Shown in pieces: positions 1 to 13,021 of a stretch of 64,000 nucleotides of DNA (within the stretch, counting starts at the first letter, position 1; every line of letters begins with the position of its first letter). The DNA comes from Paraphysomonas bandaiensis. Its lineage: Eukaryota; Protista; Chrysophyceae. The stretch spans positions 558,001 to 622,000 of the forward strand of contig CBFFRP010000298.1 of NCBI GenBank assembly GCA_965644295.1. The letters run 5' to 3'. Made by a program: the position numbers and the translations under genes. The notes below the pieces were generated by a model. The model saw only the letters and a program-made list of their open reading frames with translations. It searched no databases and was not told the origin of the DNA.

Positions 1-3000
1 CACCGGAACCGTCAAAACCATGTCGAATATATTAAGGTCACTTGATGTATTCAATATATGAATTTTGTACCGAATAGAGCATAAATTCGGGTTGGAATTG
101 TCGTAAGCACAAGAAGCATAACACTGTGTCGTCAGTGGACTAGGTGAATTGGCAATCGTATATCTATATCACACGGTCACTGAGAATATACAGCAATATA
201 GAGGTCGATATAAAGTAAAATCACATGCCACTTATTCTACTGAAGAGAACACAGAAAACCACTCACTCCATTACAGTCACATCTTCTTGACCTCCCGGTT
301 CTGCAAGCACATATATCGAACCTCTAGCATCCACTTTACGCACACACTCGTCGTTCATAATTACTCTGTCTGCAATGACGGTCTCAGATGGTCGCAACCG
401 CTTGTCAATCTGCCTGAAGATATCTGGATGGTTGATGTTGAGGCCAACCTACACACACAAAACAGTTATCGAAACTGAACAGGCCAAAAAGCCGAGCAAT
501 TTCAGGCATGTAGTGTATAGTAGGACAGCATGAATTGCGAGTGGCCTACTTCGATAGAAGTCCGTTGGTTAACTTTGGAAGACATTAACACAGTGCCGTT
601 CACGGAAGTACTTTCGATCGAGCCTGAAAACCACCAGGTAAATGTCATATATAATCTTTTGCCATGAAATGTATACCTTTGGCATTACATTTAGCAGTGA
701 ATTTCTCTTGAACATTAAAAGAAACGGATTCTCTATGACGAAAATGTAATAAAACATGAACGCATTTGTACAAATACAAAAGAGCACACGGTTCATGTAC
801 ATATTCATTTCAGCGTAGGCAGTAACACACCTACGGAATTGTTGCGTCGCAGAATAACTACTTCCCGACGTGAGGCGTTTCAGAGAAAGGGTACCCAACA
901 GAGTTGAAGAGGGGGGACTTGTAGCATGGGTGGGGCTTAAGTTTTCTTTTCTTTCTAGATTTAAATGACTTGAGTGCCACTCACTTACGTGACTTTAGAA
1001 ACGCGTTACTAAATGAATACGACTCCATACAAGATACTCCACCTGGATTCTATAGTACTCTCCAGAGTCGCCATAGCTACGCCATCTGGGGCTGATACAT
1101 CGCCTCTTATTAACGAAGATGACTCCGTCGGAATTTTAGGTGTGGAATTCGTTAAACCAAGATGAATCCTATAACGTCATCAGTCAAGAAGTATTTCTAA
1201 CGTAGCTAGGTACATAATTATCGCTGTACCTAGGAAATATCGGAAACTCAGATGAACTGGGCTTCTTTCTGTTCATGAGCCAATGTGGCATCACATCATC
1301 CAAACCACAGCATGCACTTTGCTGGGGCCACTGGGTCTCGTTGCCAATTTCAATTAGCTGAAAAGGTGTCCCATCGTCAAGCTCCTGTACTACAGCTGTA
1401 TACGAATCAGGCATTACACTGCCAATCGTCCACATTGAAACTATGTATAATCGTTGACTTAATAACACTAGACCACGAGCTATTTCATCTAGTAGAGTTT
1501 TAGCGGTAGATTTTGATGTAGATACCATTTCCAGCATAAGATTCTGTACATAAAAGTAAAATATTATCATACACAGCACTACACAGCAAACAGCAGTGGA
1601 CCAAAAGTCTACTTACTTGTATGCGAAAGCACAACTCCTCTGAAGAGTATAGCACAATATGCGTAATCGCTTCACGTACAGTATCACAATTTTCCAATTT
1701 TCCCTCCTTAATTTCATTTGCAACGGCAAGCAATATATCGTCCACAGGACCCACAAGTCTAAGTATGAAATGATCCACCTCTGATGGGACGTGCTGACAG
1801 CACTGAGATTTGGACTTATTAACAGTACGCACAATATAAGCAAGATGGTATCCACAGCGTAAGGCACATGTTTTTACATGCACATCTGTATGCTTAATTA
1901 GCCGCAGGATACATTTAATGCTTTCCTGAAAAAGGGAGCCGAAGACTATTCCGTTCTCAACAGAAGTGGTGTTTAGCATGTTACTAACTGGAGAGATGCT
2001 ATTCAATTTCAAAAGGAGTTGTTGTGTGTAGATGCGAATAAGAAACAAAACAGTCGATAGCTGCAACGATGTCATCAGCAATTTCGAGCTGAAGAGTTGC
2101 CTAGTCTCAGATTGGTCACTTGTCTTTAAATGTGACGCAACAGTTGAATCAAGATTGTCTGCTCTGACAAGAACGGACTTAAGGACAGTTTGTAAACTTG
2201 ACCACCAAGTGGGTACAGCATACTGAGCACCAATATTCTTGCTGCTGTAAAACCTCTCGTCTTTCTTCATTACTCTGCCAGGAAATCTCATTAGAGCACA
2301 TAAATTCAAGGCATCTACGCTGAACATGTACACGCAGTGCATACAACTAAAGTGTCATAGATAGGTATCGTTCGTACTTATACGAAAATGATCGGAAAAA
2401 CTGCAGGCATTTCTGGACTAATAGCGCTGCACTAAATTGATCATCATGGGTGCCGGTGTGTACTGCAGATGTCAACTGCATATCAGCATTAACTGGTGGT
2501 TTCATCGGTTTAAATGACCTACCCTTTGAAACTGTGTCATTACTGCTGACGCAATGACTTCTTTCTCTTCACATTCGCTCTCTGACATCGTAACACACAT
2601 GCCCAACAAATTGGAATACAGCGTATGCGATATGTCATCACGCGATAGCAAAACCTCAAGTCTACGACAAAATAATGACGGAAGATATGTGTAAATATCT
2701 CATGTACGAACAACATTAAATAAAACCAACGTAAGTTGTAGCGCGATTCTATGTCATGCTTAAGAACATACCTCGGTAGAACATCAGTGAAACTAACCTC
2801 GTTTTTATGAGTCCGACATAGATTTAATAAGGCGGCGGACGCCCTTTGAAAACAAGCGATAATTACACGACAAACACGTACACATCATACAGGATAGAGT
2901 AGAAGTATATATGTTGAAGAAGGACCATGTACATTACATACTTCTGTTATCACTCACACACCTGTTTACAAGGGCAGTTGCTGCTACTGAGCGGAACACT

Positions 3001-3476
3001 ATATTCTTCAGAAAACTTCCAATGTGACAGAGAATGGTGGAATCAAATGTACATGATGTACAAGCTAGCCATTGCAACGTGCACATACTGCGTTCCTCTA
3101 AGTCTTCAAGAACAACATGTAGAGTATCAGAGGAATACGTTGTATCTGGTGACTCGAACAGCGACAAGGCCATGTATACGAGAGGTTTAACTTTGGAAGA
3201 CACGGACAAACAGTCCGTTAAGTATTTGTGAGCAAATGGTGGAGATAGCCCATATTCTCGTGCTACAAGCAACTGGAATATGTTTCTTTGCCTCAAGGAT
3301 ACATCAATCTCATCATGTGATGTGAGGTTCTCTGCAATGTGGTCCATTGCGATACGAATAACATCATCTGGTTGAGGAGAGGAATTAACCTCCTCTAGCC
3401 AATCTCTTATAACAACAACCATATCCCGACTTGATTGATGTCTCAAGGTAGAGATATCAGTGTTCATTGACGTCAT
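1..3476 (-). CDS. Large multi-exon hypothetical protein; continues past the left edge of the window
   Basis: ORFs 2934-3476, 1500-2342, 1184-1579 and 569-898 lie on one strand and appear to be joined by short GT-AG introns, e.g. FPIFPR|intron|IHLGLTNSTPKIP. A further exon near 290-450 reads VGLNINHPDIFRQIDKRLRP. No family recognised; the true start may lie in a small upstream exon. Confidence 0.7.
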
Positions 3477-4241
3477 TTCTGATAGTTCCAGTAACTACAA
3501 GGTAGTATATACCATAATATGTATATACATATATCACTATACGAATAATGCGATCAAGTTCATATGTAAACACTCACTTCAGACAATCAAGTGAATGACT
3601 TTGACTTCATATGAAATATATAGACATCCACAGAACACTCATGTATCAGATACTGTCTTCACTTCATAGTGGAATTCGAATACTATATCCATATATGTAG
3701 AGCCCTACATACACAGGAGTGTATGGTATGGTATACTATAGCTGTATAGCTGTACTACAACACACAAGAAGTTGTGTTAAGGAAATACTGCTGTATATGA
3801 CGTATACCATTGACTGTATTTGCGCACACTGCTTTATCCCAAAATCCTGTCGAAATCTGCGTCATTTTGTATTTTCAGATTTTCAGGTTCAGAGTTCTCG
3901 GTATCGTTCGTCCATAAAATAGGATCGTTTGTTGTTGTGAAACCAGGATAAAAATGCACCCTTTTTTTCAACAATATTCTCCACTGACACCAAAATTCTC
4001 ATAGTTTTCAAGAAAATGTAATCAAATTCTTCATATTTCTCCAATTTTTGAATTGGAGATCTTTGAATATTCCTGGTCTTTGTTTCGTCAGTTGGTTGTG
4101 GATTTGTGGTGTGGGAGACAGATCCCAACAACTGATTACGATGTCGCTGAAAAATTATACAAGAAATCTGATAGGAGCATCTCTAGAAGATTCAAATTCT
4201 ATTTGTGTAGGCATTTACATATTAACGACCTAAGAAGAAGG

Positions 4242-5473
4242 ATGAGTGATGGTGGTAGTGATTCGAAGAGTATGACCTCTTCGTTCGTAAAGAAACTGTT
4301 TGATATGGTGGAAGGGCAGTCTGAGATCATCACTTGGGTCGCCGAAGGAAAGGTGAGTGAAACCTCTATATATGAACAAGGCTGATGGATGTGATACAGG
4401 CGTTTGAAGTAAAGGATCCAAAGCGACTAGAAACTGAAATTCTTCCTATATTTTTTAGGCACTGTAGATTTCAATCGCTGGTCAGACAGTTGAACTTCTA
4501 TGCTTTCAAGAAAGTCAGTAAAGAAAGGAGCTCGTGGGTATATAGCCATGAATATTTCAGACGTGACAGACCCGAGTTACTCCACAGAATGCGGAGAAAA
4601 ACAAACAATCACTCCGCTAAGCGCAATCGCCGCGACGGTGTTTCGAAGGGAAAAACACATTTCATTTCTCAGTCTCAGTACTCCTCTGACGACAGCTCAG
4701 AAGAATCGTATGACAACGATGGTGTCAATACCAGTGGGAGTTACCACTTGACACCCTTGAATGAGCCTAATTCGGCCAGTGAGGGCTCATGCGACACTCC
4801 TAATTACAACGGATCGGGCAGTAGCTGCGACTCGGAGGGTCTCCAGTCAGACGACGAGGTAGACTACGAAGAAGTCCTGGGGAGCTGGGACAATGTACAT
4901 CAATTTTTTCTCAGTGGGGCGACAGGGAATAAAGATTCGCTCTCTTTGATGAAAGTAGAAGGTAACAGAGGTGCGGTTGACGTTCTGTGCACAACCGTTT
5001 CAGATGACACCACCGAGTCCGCGCGAGAGGCTTCTCTAAAACACCTATTGACTTTTTGCCTATCCCGCAATCCCTGGCAGGATACGCAAGCCCTATTCGC
5101 GGACATTCATGGACTGCTATCGGATAATGCTGATATGACCAATGAGCTGAACGCGTACGCCTCTGCACTGGCCCCGCCATCAACTCTTTCACTGGTGGTT
5201 CATAGGACGATGCAGCAATCCTCAGAAGTACAGCTCTCCCCATCCCATTCTGGTGATTGTACGATCGCTCCTTGTATTTTAAGGTCCAACGAAATTACTC
5301 TTGTACGCACATTTATCGCGTTTGCTCTCGCTTGCCTCCACGACGCTTGCCACAGCGAGCATGTGGTAGGACCCCCACACTTTCCTGATGGCCATTCTCA
5401 AGTAGAGGCGTACAAGTCTGCCCTTGGTATGTGCGTTGACAACTGGTCCAGCTATGCGAAAACTTGCACGTAG
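4242..5473 (+). CDS. Heat-shock-factor (HSF-type DNA-binding domain) transcription factor, 2 exons (intron 4353-4399)
   Basis: SFVKKLFDMVE...IITW|AFEVKDPKRLETEILPIFFRHCRFQSLVRQLNFYAFKKV...YSHEYFRRDRPELLHRMRRK is the HSF DBD signature; the intron restores the frame. Confidence 0.92.
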
Positions 5474-6049
5474 TGCCTTGAATGCATTAGCACTCAATGC
5501 CTACTGGTTTTCAGTGTGTACGTTTCCCAAAACTCATATGTTCTTTATTTTTATACCTTAATGTTCCATTAGTAATATTGCCAAGACCGGCCATAATCAT
5601 GAGTAATGAAATAATGATATTGCCACTGGGGCTTGTAGAAGTGCATCGTTAACAGTATGATGTGATAAATGATATATAATTGTAGCTAATAAGCAATTTT
5701 GATACAATTCATTACTTTAATATTTTCGAAATATTCTCCAGCGCTCCAGAGTCATTACATGAAGTTACAGAGCAGTACGGCATCGCTTACCTAATATTAA
5801 GTCAGGCTTGTTTCAGCTCGAAATTATTTGCGGTGACTTACGTTCAGCTTATATTTTATTAATCAATTTATCTGGATTCTGAACAAGGGGAATTCATTCA
5901 TAAGTGGCAGGGCTGCGTACTGCGTAACAATTTCTGGACAGTTATTTTTTGCAGCCCTGGGTAGCTGATGAGGACAACTAGCCTATGAGTCATAAGCGGG
6001 GGCACGTAACAATATATTGCTATTCTGTACGACGCTCAATACTATTGAA

Positions 6050-7000
6050 GTTGTACAGTTCCAAGGAATCAGAGTAGTACAAAGCTGCTTACTGCTTACA
6101 CACTGCACTCAACTAAAAATCAGATGTATCTAAAAATCGATATCCGTTTCACCTATTTCTTCATACATAGTTCTACAAATGGTGTGCCAACCACAAATAA
6201 CACTGTTGTATATACAGATAGCCACAGAACATTACTGTCCACACCAGGCTTTAATATATATATATCCTTCCCATCAACGACTACAACCCCCCGCATACTC
6301 ATCTTACTACTACATATAGATGACTTTTGTTCTTAATATGAGACCTGAATAAGTTGCTCAGTGAAACTATCTTGTGTCATATTGCCATTAATTATTGCCT
6401 CATACAACACAAGGTTATCCTCGATATCACCGTACATGGACCCTCGAATCGTGATGATAATTTGAGAGACACCCTGTACTTCTCCTTATCCGATGCTAAT
6501 GTAAACACCCTCACTGTGCTATTCCTTATAAGAATAAGTCTCCCACCTGTTACTCCTTACATTGTATACGCGACCTTCGTGTTTACACATGATTTAGAAA
6601 GTTTCTTTTCAGTTTCAGCCAGCTACTCCTTATATCACCCATTCCCACTGTGCAACGTTTATCCTTATCTCGCAATCCCTTCTCTTTCTCAAAGTGACCT
6701 CTAAATCATACGTCCCCACCATGTTTGTTTAGGTCACTCTCATCAACACGACATGTAGCAAGGTGTATATTGCATAGCCACTGGAGTTATACATATAACT
6801 TACACCGTTGTCAAGAATATATCCCATGTGATTAACTGTAGTTTATATAGTGATAGAGAGGTCAGCTAACTTCCGCTTCATGTCCCCCGCTTGTCTTTTA
6901 GGTCTAAGACTGTACAGATCAAACCCGTTAGACTAACACCCATCTATATATATATACAGCACATATAAATGACATCGAAATAATAAGATTAAAGTACCAG
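6050..7000 (-). mobile_element. Degenerate Gypsy-type LTR retrotransposon 3' fragment (integrase tail, PPT, start of 3' LTR); boundaries approximate
   Basis: The minus strand reads WDIFLTTV*...YTPCYM and KLSSRFEGPCTVISR (GPY/F-like motif). These are followed by GCGGGGGGT-TGTAG near 6293-6281, which looks like a PPT plus a TG LTR start. Confidence 0.5.
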
Positions 7001-7187
7001 GTGATACTGAAGATGGAAGCAAGAGAGAATGTCCTGGACTTATGAGATGAGCAAGATATAGTGATAAATAGACAGAAGAGCTTCTTGACTATCATATCCA
7101 GTATACTAGTATATATATCCATATAGCTACACTCTGAGCTGTATGACGTTGCTTGTACGAACTACGTGTACGTATACCGCTCACTTA

Positions 7188-8799
7188 CAGCGCATTCTCG
7201 ATATATCGCGGAAAGTGTCCTGGAGAGGAAATCGCGATATATCGCAATATCGCGATATACAATTTAATAGTAAAATACAGCACTGTATTCCGCAAAGTCA
7301 TAGAGAACAAGTTTAAGGAGCTTAAGACTGTGCAATATATCCACAATGTCGTGTCTGTATAGCATAGTACTCCTTGTACTGAATGGCACATGCAAAGAAT
7401 TTGTGAAATAAGTTACTAATATATCATTATTTATGGAATTTATGGTATTCAATTTCTTAACACACTTACTACATTCCTAGCTAACAATAAGATAAAATTA
7501 TTAAATTTCATGGACTTCAGAACCTTTAGTACGTGCTGAAAAAAACTGATGCAGAGAAGTTTGTACCTTAGAATGATTCTTGTGCCTTTCTGTATGAATA
7601 TTATTCTGCACTTTTCTGAGGAGCTCAATATGCGCTGTTGAATGCCCCTCCTGGGTAGCATAATCGAGTAACATTAAAACAGCATTGTCGGCTTGCACAG
7701 CAGTAATAGCACTATCATTTCCATTGGTGTTAATACAATCATCCTCGTCATCGTCATCGCCTTCGTCCTCTAAAGACATTGACTGCTGAAGTGCAGTGAT
7801 ACTGCTCTTATTTGTTCTTCATTATGTCTCATTATAATAAAGAATTGATCTTTATAATAGTAAAACAATGTTGTGATTATTAGAGTGTTAGTAATGAACA
7901 CGATAGAGTGAAAATTATGAATAACAATATAGAACATAGCAATATTCAACCTATGTTGTACAGATGGTATGTACAAACTTAAGCATATACAATAGAGAGC
8001 TCATACAGCATAAAATAACCTGATAGCTGGTTCTTACACGCATTAAGGTTTCCGTAAATTGAATTATTAGTACTTGTCTTATAATGTCACTTGATAATGA
8101 AACCCTACTGCTTAACCAATTAAAAGTTTTCTCATACTCATCCTCTGTATCAAAGTTTGACATTATACGAGAAGTATTAACTTAACAACAGAAGGTAAAT
8201 ATCCCCCAGTGCATTTTCCTTAGTGTACTCTTCAGTGCCAAACATGTCTCCGCCTTTTTCGGCTTTTGCCCAAGTTTCAATCAGGTGTCCAAGTGTTGAT
8301 ATTTGTGAACTCCATGCATTCTCAGGGAATGACTCCAGAATGGTCTCATGAGCCTCCTGTTATTGAGGGTATGTAACGAAGAAATTTCTCAATAACAGGT
8401 ATTCGAAGTTCTTGCAGCACGCGACATTGAATATCATGAGACATATATATATCCTTCTTATGAGCAGACGTCCTTCGATGAGAGAAAAAGACTCTTGCGC
8501 ATCATTACATTTCATCCTCAGGTAAGGATTCCAAATTTTACCCCCCCACTCTCTCTCCAGGGTAAGCATTTTGGTAAGCATTTTCAAAAACTTACCCCGA
8601 AAATGCTTACCAGGGCAAACAGAAATTGATTTTCGGCGTATTTTGGTAAGGAATGCTTACCAAAAAAATGCTTACCCTTGTAACAGAAAATGACCTCAGT
8701 TTTCCATTAGAATTATGTGTGATGAAGTGTCCTGGACCAAAATCCGCGATATAAAAGGGTATCGCGATATACATACCGCGATATATCGAGAATGCGCTG
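7188..8799 (-). mobile_element. Non-autonomous pogo/Tigger-like DNA transposon with nested fragments
   Basis: Perfect 24-bp TIRs CAGCGCATTCTCGATATATCGCGG (7188-7211 and 8776-8799), each flanked by TA. Internal ORF 7501-7779 carries an acidic tract and QTSLHQFF, typical of Tigger transposase C-termini. Confidence 0.88.
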
Positions 8800-8956
8800 T
8801 ATACAATCGATGCGAATGACATAATCGATGCCGTTTTTTTCAGTTTATTTTTGATTCTTTATTGCTGATTTGACATACTATCAAGAATGAACCTTAAAAT
8901 CTTATACATCTTTGTACGTAGTTTAAAACAAGCATATTTACCGAAAGTATATTTAT

Positions 8957-9536
8957 GTGATGCAAAATCCTGCAGATGTTGTTATGCCATTGCGACGCAA
9001 TAGAGACTACAGTGGTCACTGTTTCGACCGAGATGAAATATGTTCAATTGTCCATTACATGGAATCCGAGCACTTGGAGCCAAGTGACATGCACAAACAG
9101 TTTCCCTCTCTGAGTAGAAAGCGGTTTCAGAGTTGGAGGGCTAAGGTTAGAGCTGAACGTCCCATATATAGTAGCTCGTCCTCGAGACCTACTTGCTTGG
9201 ACGATATATCGACATTGAAATTTCGTGCTTGTGCCAATGATGGAAGCCATAATGTTCCAGAGCTCAGAAAGCTTTTTAAAAAAGAGGCTACTGAAACAGC
9301 GGTCAGACGTGGAGTAATTCCTGAGGGTGAAGAAATAGAAGTGAGCGATGGTTCGTTTTTCAGGTATAAAAAGGCAGCGAGTTCTCATCAGAGGGTTCCC
9401 CAGGCAAGCAAAAAAAGAAGAAGAAAAAATATTTCTACGAGGAATGTCCACAGCGGAGAGACGTCAGTACAGACTCGATAAAGCAATCGAGGCACTAAAA
9501 GCAATTACTGACGACGAGGCGATGGAACTAGCATAG
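8957..9536 (+). pseudogene. Truncated transposase N-terminus (HTH-type, Tc1/pogo-like)
   Basis: SRPTCLDD and EVSDGSFFRYKK resemble the GRP..L and S.ST..RY motifs also seen in the 51492-52222 relic; no DDE core follows. Confidence 0.4.
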
Positions 9537-10207
9537 CATATGGTTGTAGGTAGTATAGCACACGGTTAATTTCGATGTTTTGCTGATTTTTTAATTTGTG
9601 CACTGTGGACAACAGTGCACACTCGTTTTTCGTTTTGAAATAAATAACGTAATTTTTTACTTCAGTAGTCGTCCATAAGTGCTTTACTATCGTTCTAATC
9701 TGCCCTACCGCATTGTGTACAATGTACAATAGGTAGTAACACTTTAGGTACTAATAGTGTAAATAGAGACACTAAAATAAGCCAGGATAATATTCTCCAC
9801 TGTTATAGGCTAAACACAGTAATCCCGTGTTCCATATAACTACATAGTGTTGTGTTTACTACCTTTATAGTCCTTGACTTCTATATGATGTATAGACGTA
9901 TAGACAGTGAACATATGCAATATACATCATATACCATATACCACTCACATATAGTGTGTTTGTATACTATATGAACCCACAGAGAGAATATGTGCATAGC
10001 TGCTACAGGCATGAGCACAAAGAGGCGAGTGTCGTACTTTTACCAGGGTCATGTGGTGCTGTATATTACGGGCCAGAAAACCCCATGAATAGCCTAATAA
10101 TATGCAACCGTATAATCTGATTGGTGAGTGGTGTGTGTTGCGGTCATATATATAGGAGAGTTCACAGAGTCCAGCAGAAAGAATATATGGACTACCAAAC
10201 ACTTAAA

Positions 10208-10650
10208 TAGTCTCTGCGTGCTGTACGAAGCACGCAGAGTGAATATGCAAAACATATATCATACATTTAGTCCCTGTGTGTTGTATGGAAAGCACAGAGT
10301 GAACACATACCTCATATAGCACCTATATAACCCTTGTGTACACTGTGTGAAGCGCACGAAGTGAACATATACATCATATACCAGTATACCATATATATAT
10401 AGTCCTTGTGTGTTTGTGAGCTGTATGAAGCAGCAGCCAGAGTGAATATACGAAGCATATAACACACATATATAGTCCCTCTGTGTTGTATGAAGCACAC
10501 AATGAACATACTAATCATATACCACATTCATAATAGTCCTTGAGTGTTGTATAAAGTACACAGAGAAAATATACAGTGTATATACCACATATATAGCCCC
10601 TATATGTTCTATGAAGCACACAGAACGAACACACAGAACATATACCTCGT
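10208..10650. repeat. Degenerate minisatellite, about 60-72 bp unit, about 7 copies (weaker copy near 9866)
   Basis: Recurrent unit TAGTCC(T/C)TGTGTGTTGTATGAAGCACACAGAGTGAACATATAC... Confidence 0.8.
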
Positions 10651-11668
10651 ATCTAGACCTCTTATAACATCTACAATAATATATAACAGTAGAATACGCC
10701 TGGTGACAATATAACACACTTATATACTCTTCCACTCAAATATCTCATCTTCAATGCAGACGACACACACACAGTGGAGACATATATCGCAAAGATGTGA
10801 TGACCTCTGCTGAATGCTTTAATATCGACTGCAATGAGATCCCTGACATTCTTCAATCAGAGCAAGGAGATTATATCCATAAATACACTATGAATGGGAC
10901 CAATTATGAAGTAACGTCTGTCTACGGAAGACTAGCTATTGTATGTAAAGCAGTTGAATGATTATTCCCCTCAAAAATACAAATAATGAGCTTACAGGAA
11001 GTGACAACCACTCTGAGTACATCTTCAGGTTCAGGGGACCAGGAATACACCCCTCTCACTCCCTATCAACTGATATTTCAACCAGATGTCAGCGTTGATA
11101 TGACTGACCACTAGAAGCATCCATTCTTTAGTACAGATGTATTTATTATGAATGAGTATCCAAATATGATGATATTTAATGGCTTTAATGTAAGAGTTTT
11201 CCACATCCAACCCTCCCGTATCGGCATCCTTTGTATATTTTTGTTCAAAGATGCCTCTAATATTGAGACAATAATTATCTGTATTATAGTCGTAGTTGTA
11301 TCTCAGTAATATAAAAATCTCAGTAAAATATTTGCTTCAATTTATTTTCGAAAAATATGAAGCAGTCTGCCGATGCGCCCAACAAAAATAAACTGAAAAA
11401 AACGGCATGGATATGTTGGCATCGATTGGATTATTGGTATACTTCGTAGACAGTTTCCAGACATATCCATATACAGCAGTGTCAAGTACAGAGTACAATA
11501 CCAGGAAATTTCCTATACTGGTATTTGTATTGTTGTAGCTGTAGTGCTTGCGGTATGGTAGACCGTAGCGGGATATGCTGCTGTATGATGTAGCTGATGT
11601 ACTTCTATATATATCCATCACAATACTTTGCTGATACACTGAATTTCACAATACAAAATATAAGTGTT

Positions 11669-13021
11669 ATGAGTGAGAGTGATTCAATCTTTTCACGAGG
11701 GATTCCTCTCCAGCTCCTGCAATATATACGTGACCATGTTAAGGAACGTAATCCTCATTCATCGACACGAGATGTTCATCATAAGACTATTATGAAGTGG
11801 ACGAAAAACACTCAGTTATCTCTTGCAGATACGATGCGTAATCGGCCCGATATATTTAATACTGTCGTGACGCACTGTAGCACTGTGAATGTATACGTAT
11901 GTCACTGCTGGTCAGGAAACTTCTGTGATTTAATTGAGCAAATAGAGTTGTATTTCCGTAACAACTTCCCTAATTTGGATAATCCTGTGGTGTGGATCGA
12001 TATTGCAATGATCAATTTTTGGGAAGAAGACCATGTTGTGTGGTATCAATCTATTCCTGAACGTGTTCGATCTGTGGGTCATACACTACTTGTCCTTCCG
12101 AAAATAGATTTCGATGGGGCGAATGACTGTATGACACTCTCTTCCGACTGTAACTCACTATATATATTTAGCCGTACGTGGTGTCTGTTTGAATTGTTCT
12201 GTTCTGCGTTTTACATATGTGAATTCGGAATACAAGGAAGTGTGGAAGATATAACTCAACTACTGGATTCGCCACTATCAGTGAACATATCAGCTTCAAG
12301 TACTACCATGGAGGAAGACCACACCGCCTTACTCTCTGCAATACAGCTACTCGACCCAGATACAGATTTGGACTCGGCGAATCATACTGTACTGAACCTT
12401 GTTCAGGAATGGATCAGCAACGAAAAAGCCGCTCGTAGTATGCGGGCTAGGCCTCATTCTACAGATACTGACAAGGTATCAGAAGTGAAATGCTGTGAAG
12501 AGTTACTGAGTACAGGAGAGTCGAAACCTTCGAGCACTGTAGGTATATGTAGTAGCAGTGCTGAACACTGGACGACGAGAGACAGGGAGAGTATTGGATA
12601 TCCCACGCAGCCTTCAGATAAGAGCCTCAACCGCGAGGTGTTGCACCACGGTGACTCAAATGTATCATACCTAAATGCAAGTGATGCACTTGAGGGATCG
12701 CAAAGTTTTGGCGAGGTAGTGGATATGGGCCCAGGTGAAGAAGATATCGTTCTTTTCTGCTGCCCTTACGAAGAATGTCAAGGGAGTATTACCATCCCCG
12801 CGTCGCAGGTTAACTGCGGGGTCTTCCGACATGGAGTGTTCAAGCATAATGGACGACAGATACCACCCCACAGTAGTAAATGGAAATGTGATCGACTTGC
12901 TGAAATGAATGCAGTGTATGGATGTGCAAAACCATTTCGGTGTCGAAAGTGTATATCGTATATAGAGGGGTCTACAGTTGGTAAAACCGTCTACACGATT
13001 GAAAAGTGTGATTATATATGA
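11669..13021 (+). CDS. Intronless TIR/HET-like domain protein fused to a C-terminal Cys/His-rich domain resembling a giant-virus protein
   Basis: Open frame of 474 aa, probable start MSESDS. Motifs YVCHCW, VVWIDI and FSRTWCLFE; C-terminus CPYEEC..NCGVFRHG..QIPPH..CD..YGCAKPF..CDYI. Confidence 0.75.
   Translation: MSESDSIFSRGIPLQLLQYIRDHVKERNPHSSTRDVHHKTIMKWTKNTQLSLADTMRNRPDIFNTVVTHCSTVNVYVCHCWSGNFCDLIEQIELYFRNNFPNLDNPVVWIDIAMINFWEEDHVVWYQSIPERVRSVGHTLLVLPKIDFDGANDCMTLSSDCNSLYIFSRTWCLFELFCSAFYICEFGIQGSVEDITQLLDSPLSVNISASSTTMEEDHTALLSAIQLLDPDTDLDSANHTVLNLVQEWISNEKAARSMRARPHSTDTDKVSEVKCCEELLSTGESKPSSTVGICSSSAEHWTTRDRESIGYPTQPSDKSLNREVLHHGDSNVSYLNASDALEGSQSFGEVVDMGPGEEDIVLFCCPYEECQGSITIPASQVNCGVFRHGVFKHNGRQIPPHSSKWKCDRLAEMNAVYGCAKPFRCRKCISYIEGSTVGKTVYTIEKCDYI

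Noticed and set aside
3826-4130. Possible MITE or small ORF upstream of HSF
   Set aside because: No convincing inverted termini or protein motif.
5965-6000. CTGATGAG hammerhead core
   Set aside because: No downstream stem II plus GAAA.
9600-9720. CACAATG/CACTGTG Transib or RSS-like heptamers
   Set aside because: No matching opposite terminus, TSD or Transib transposase found.
10208-10650. Possible CRISPR array
   Set aside because: The units are degenerate along their whole length and lack unique spacers.
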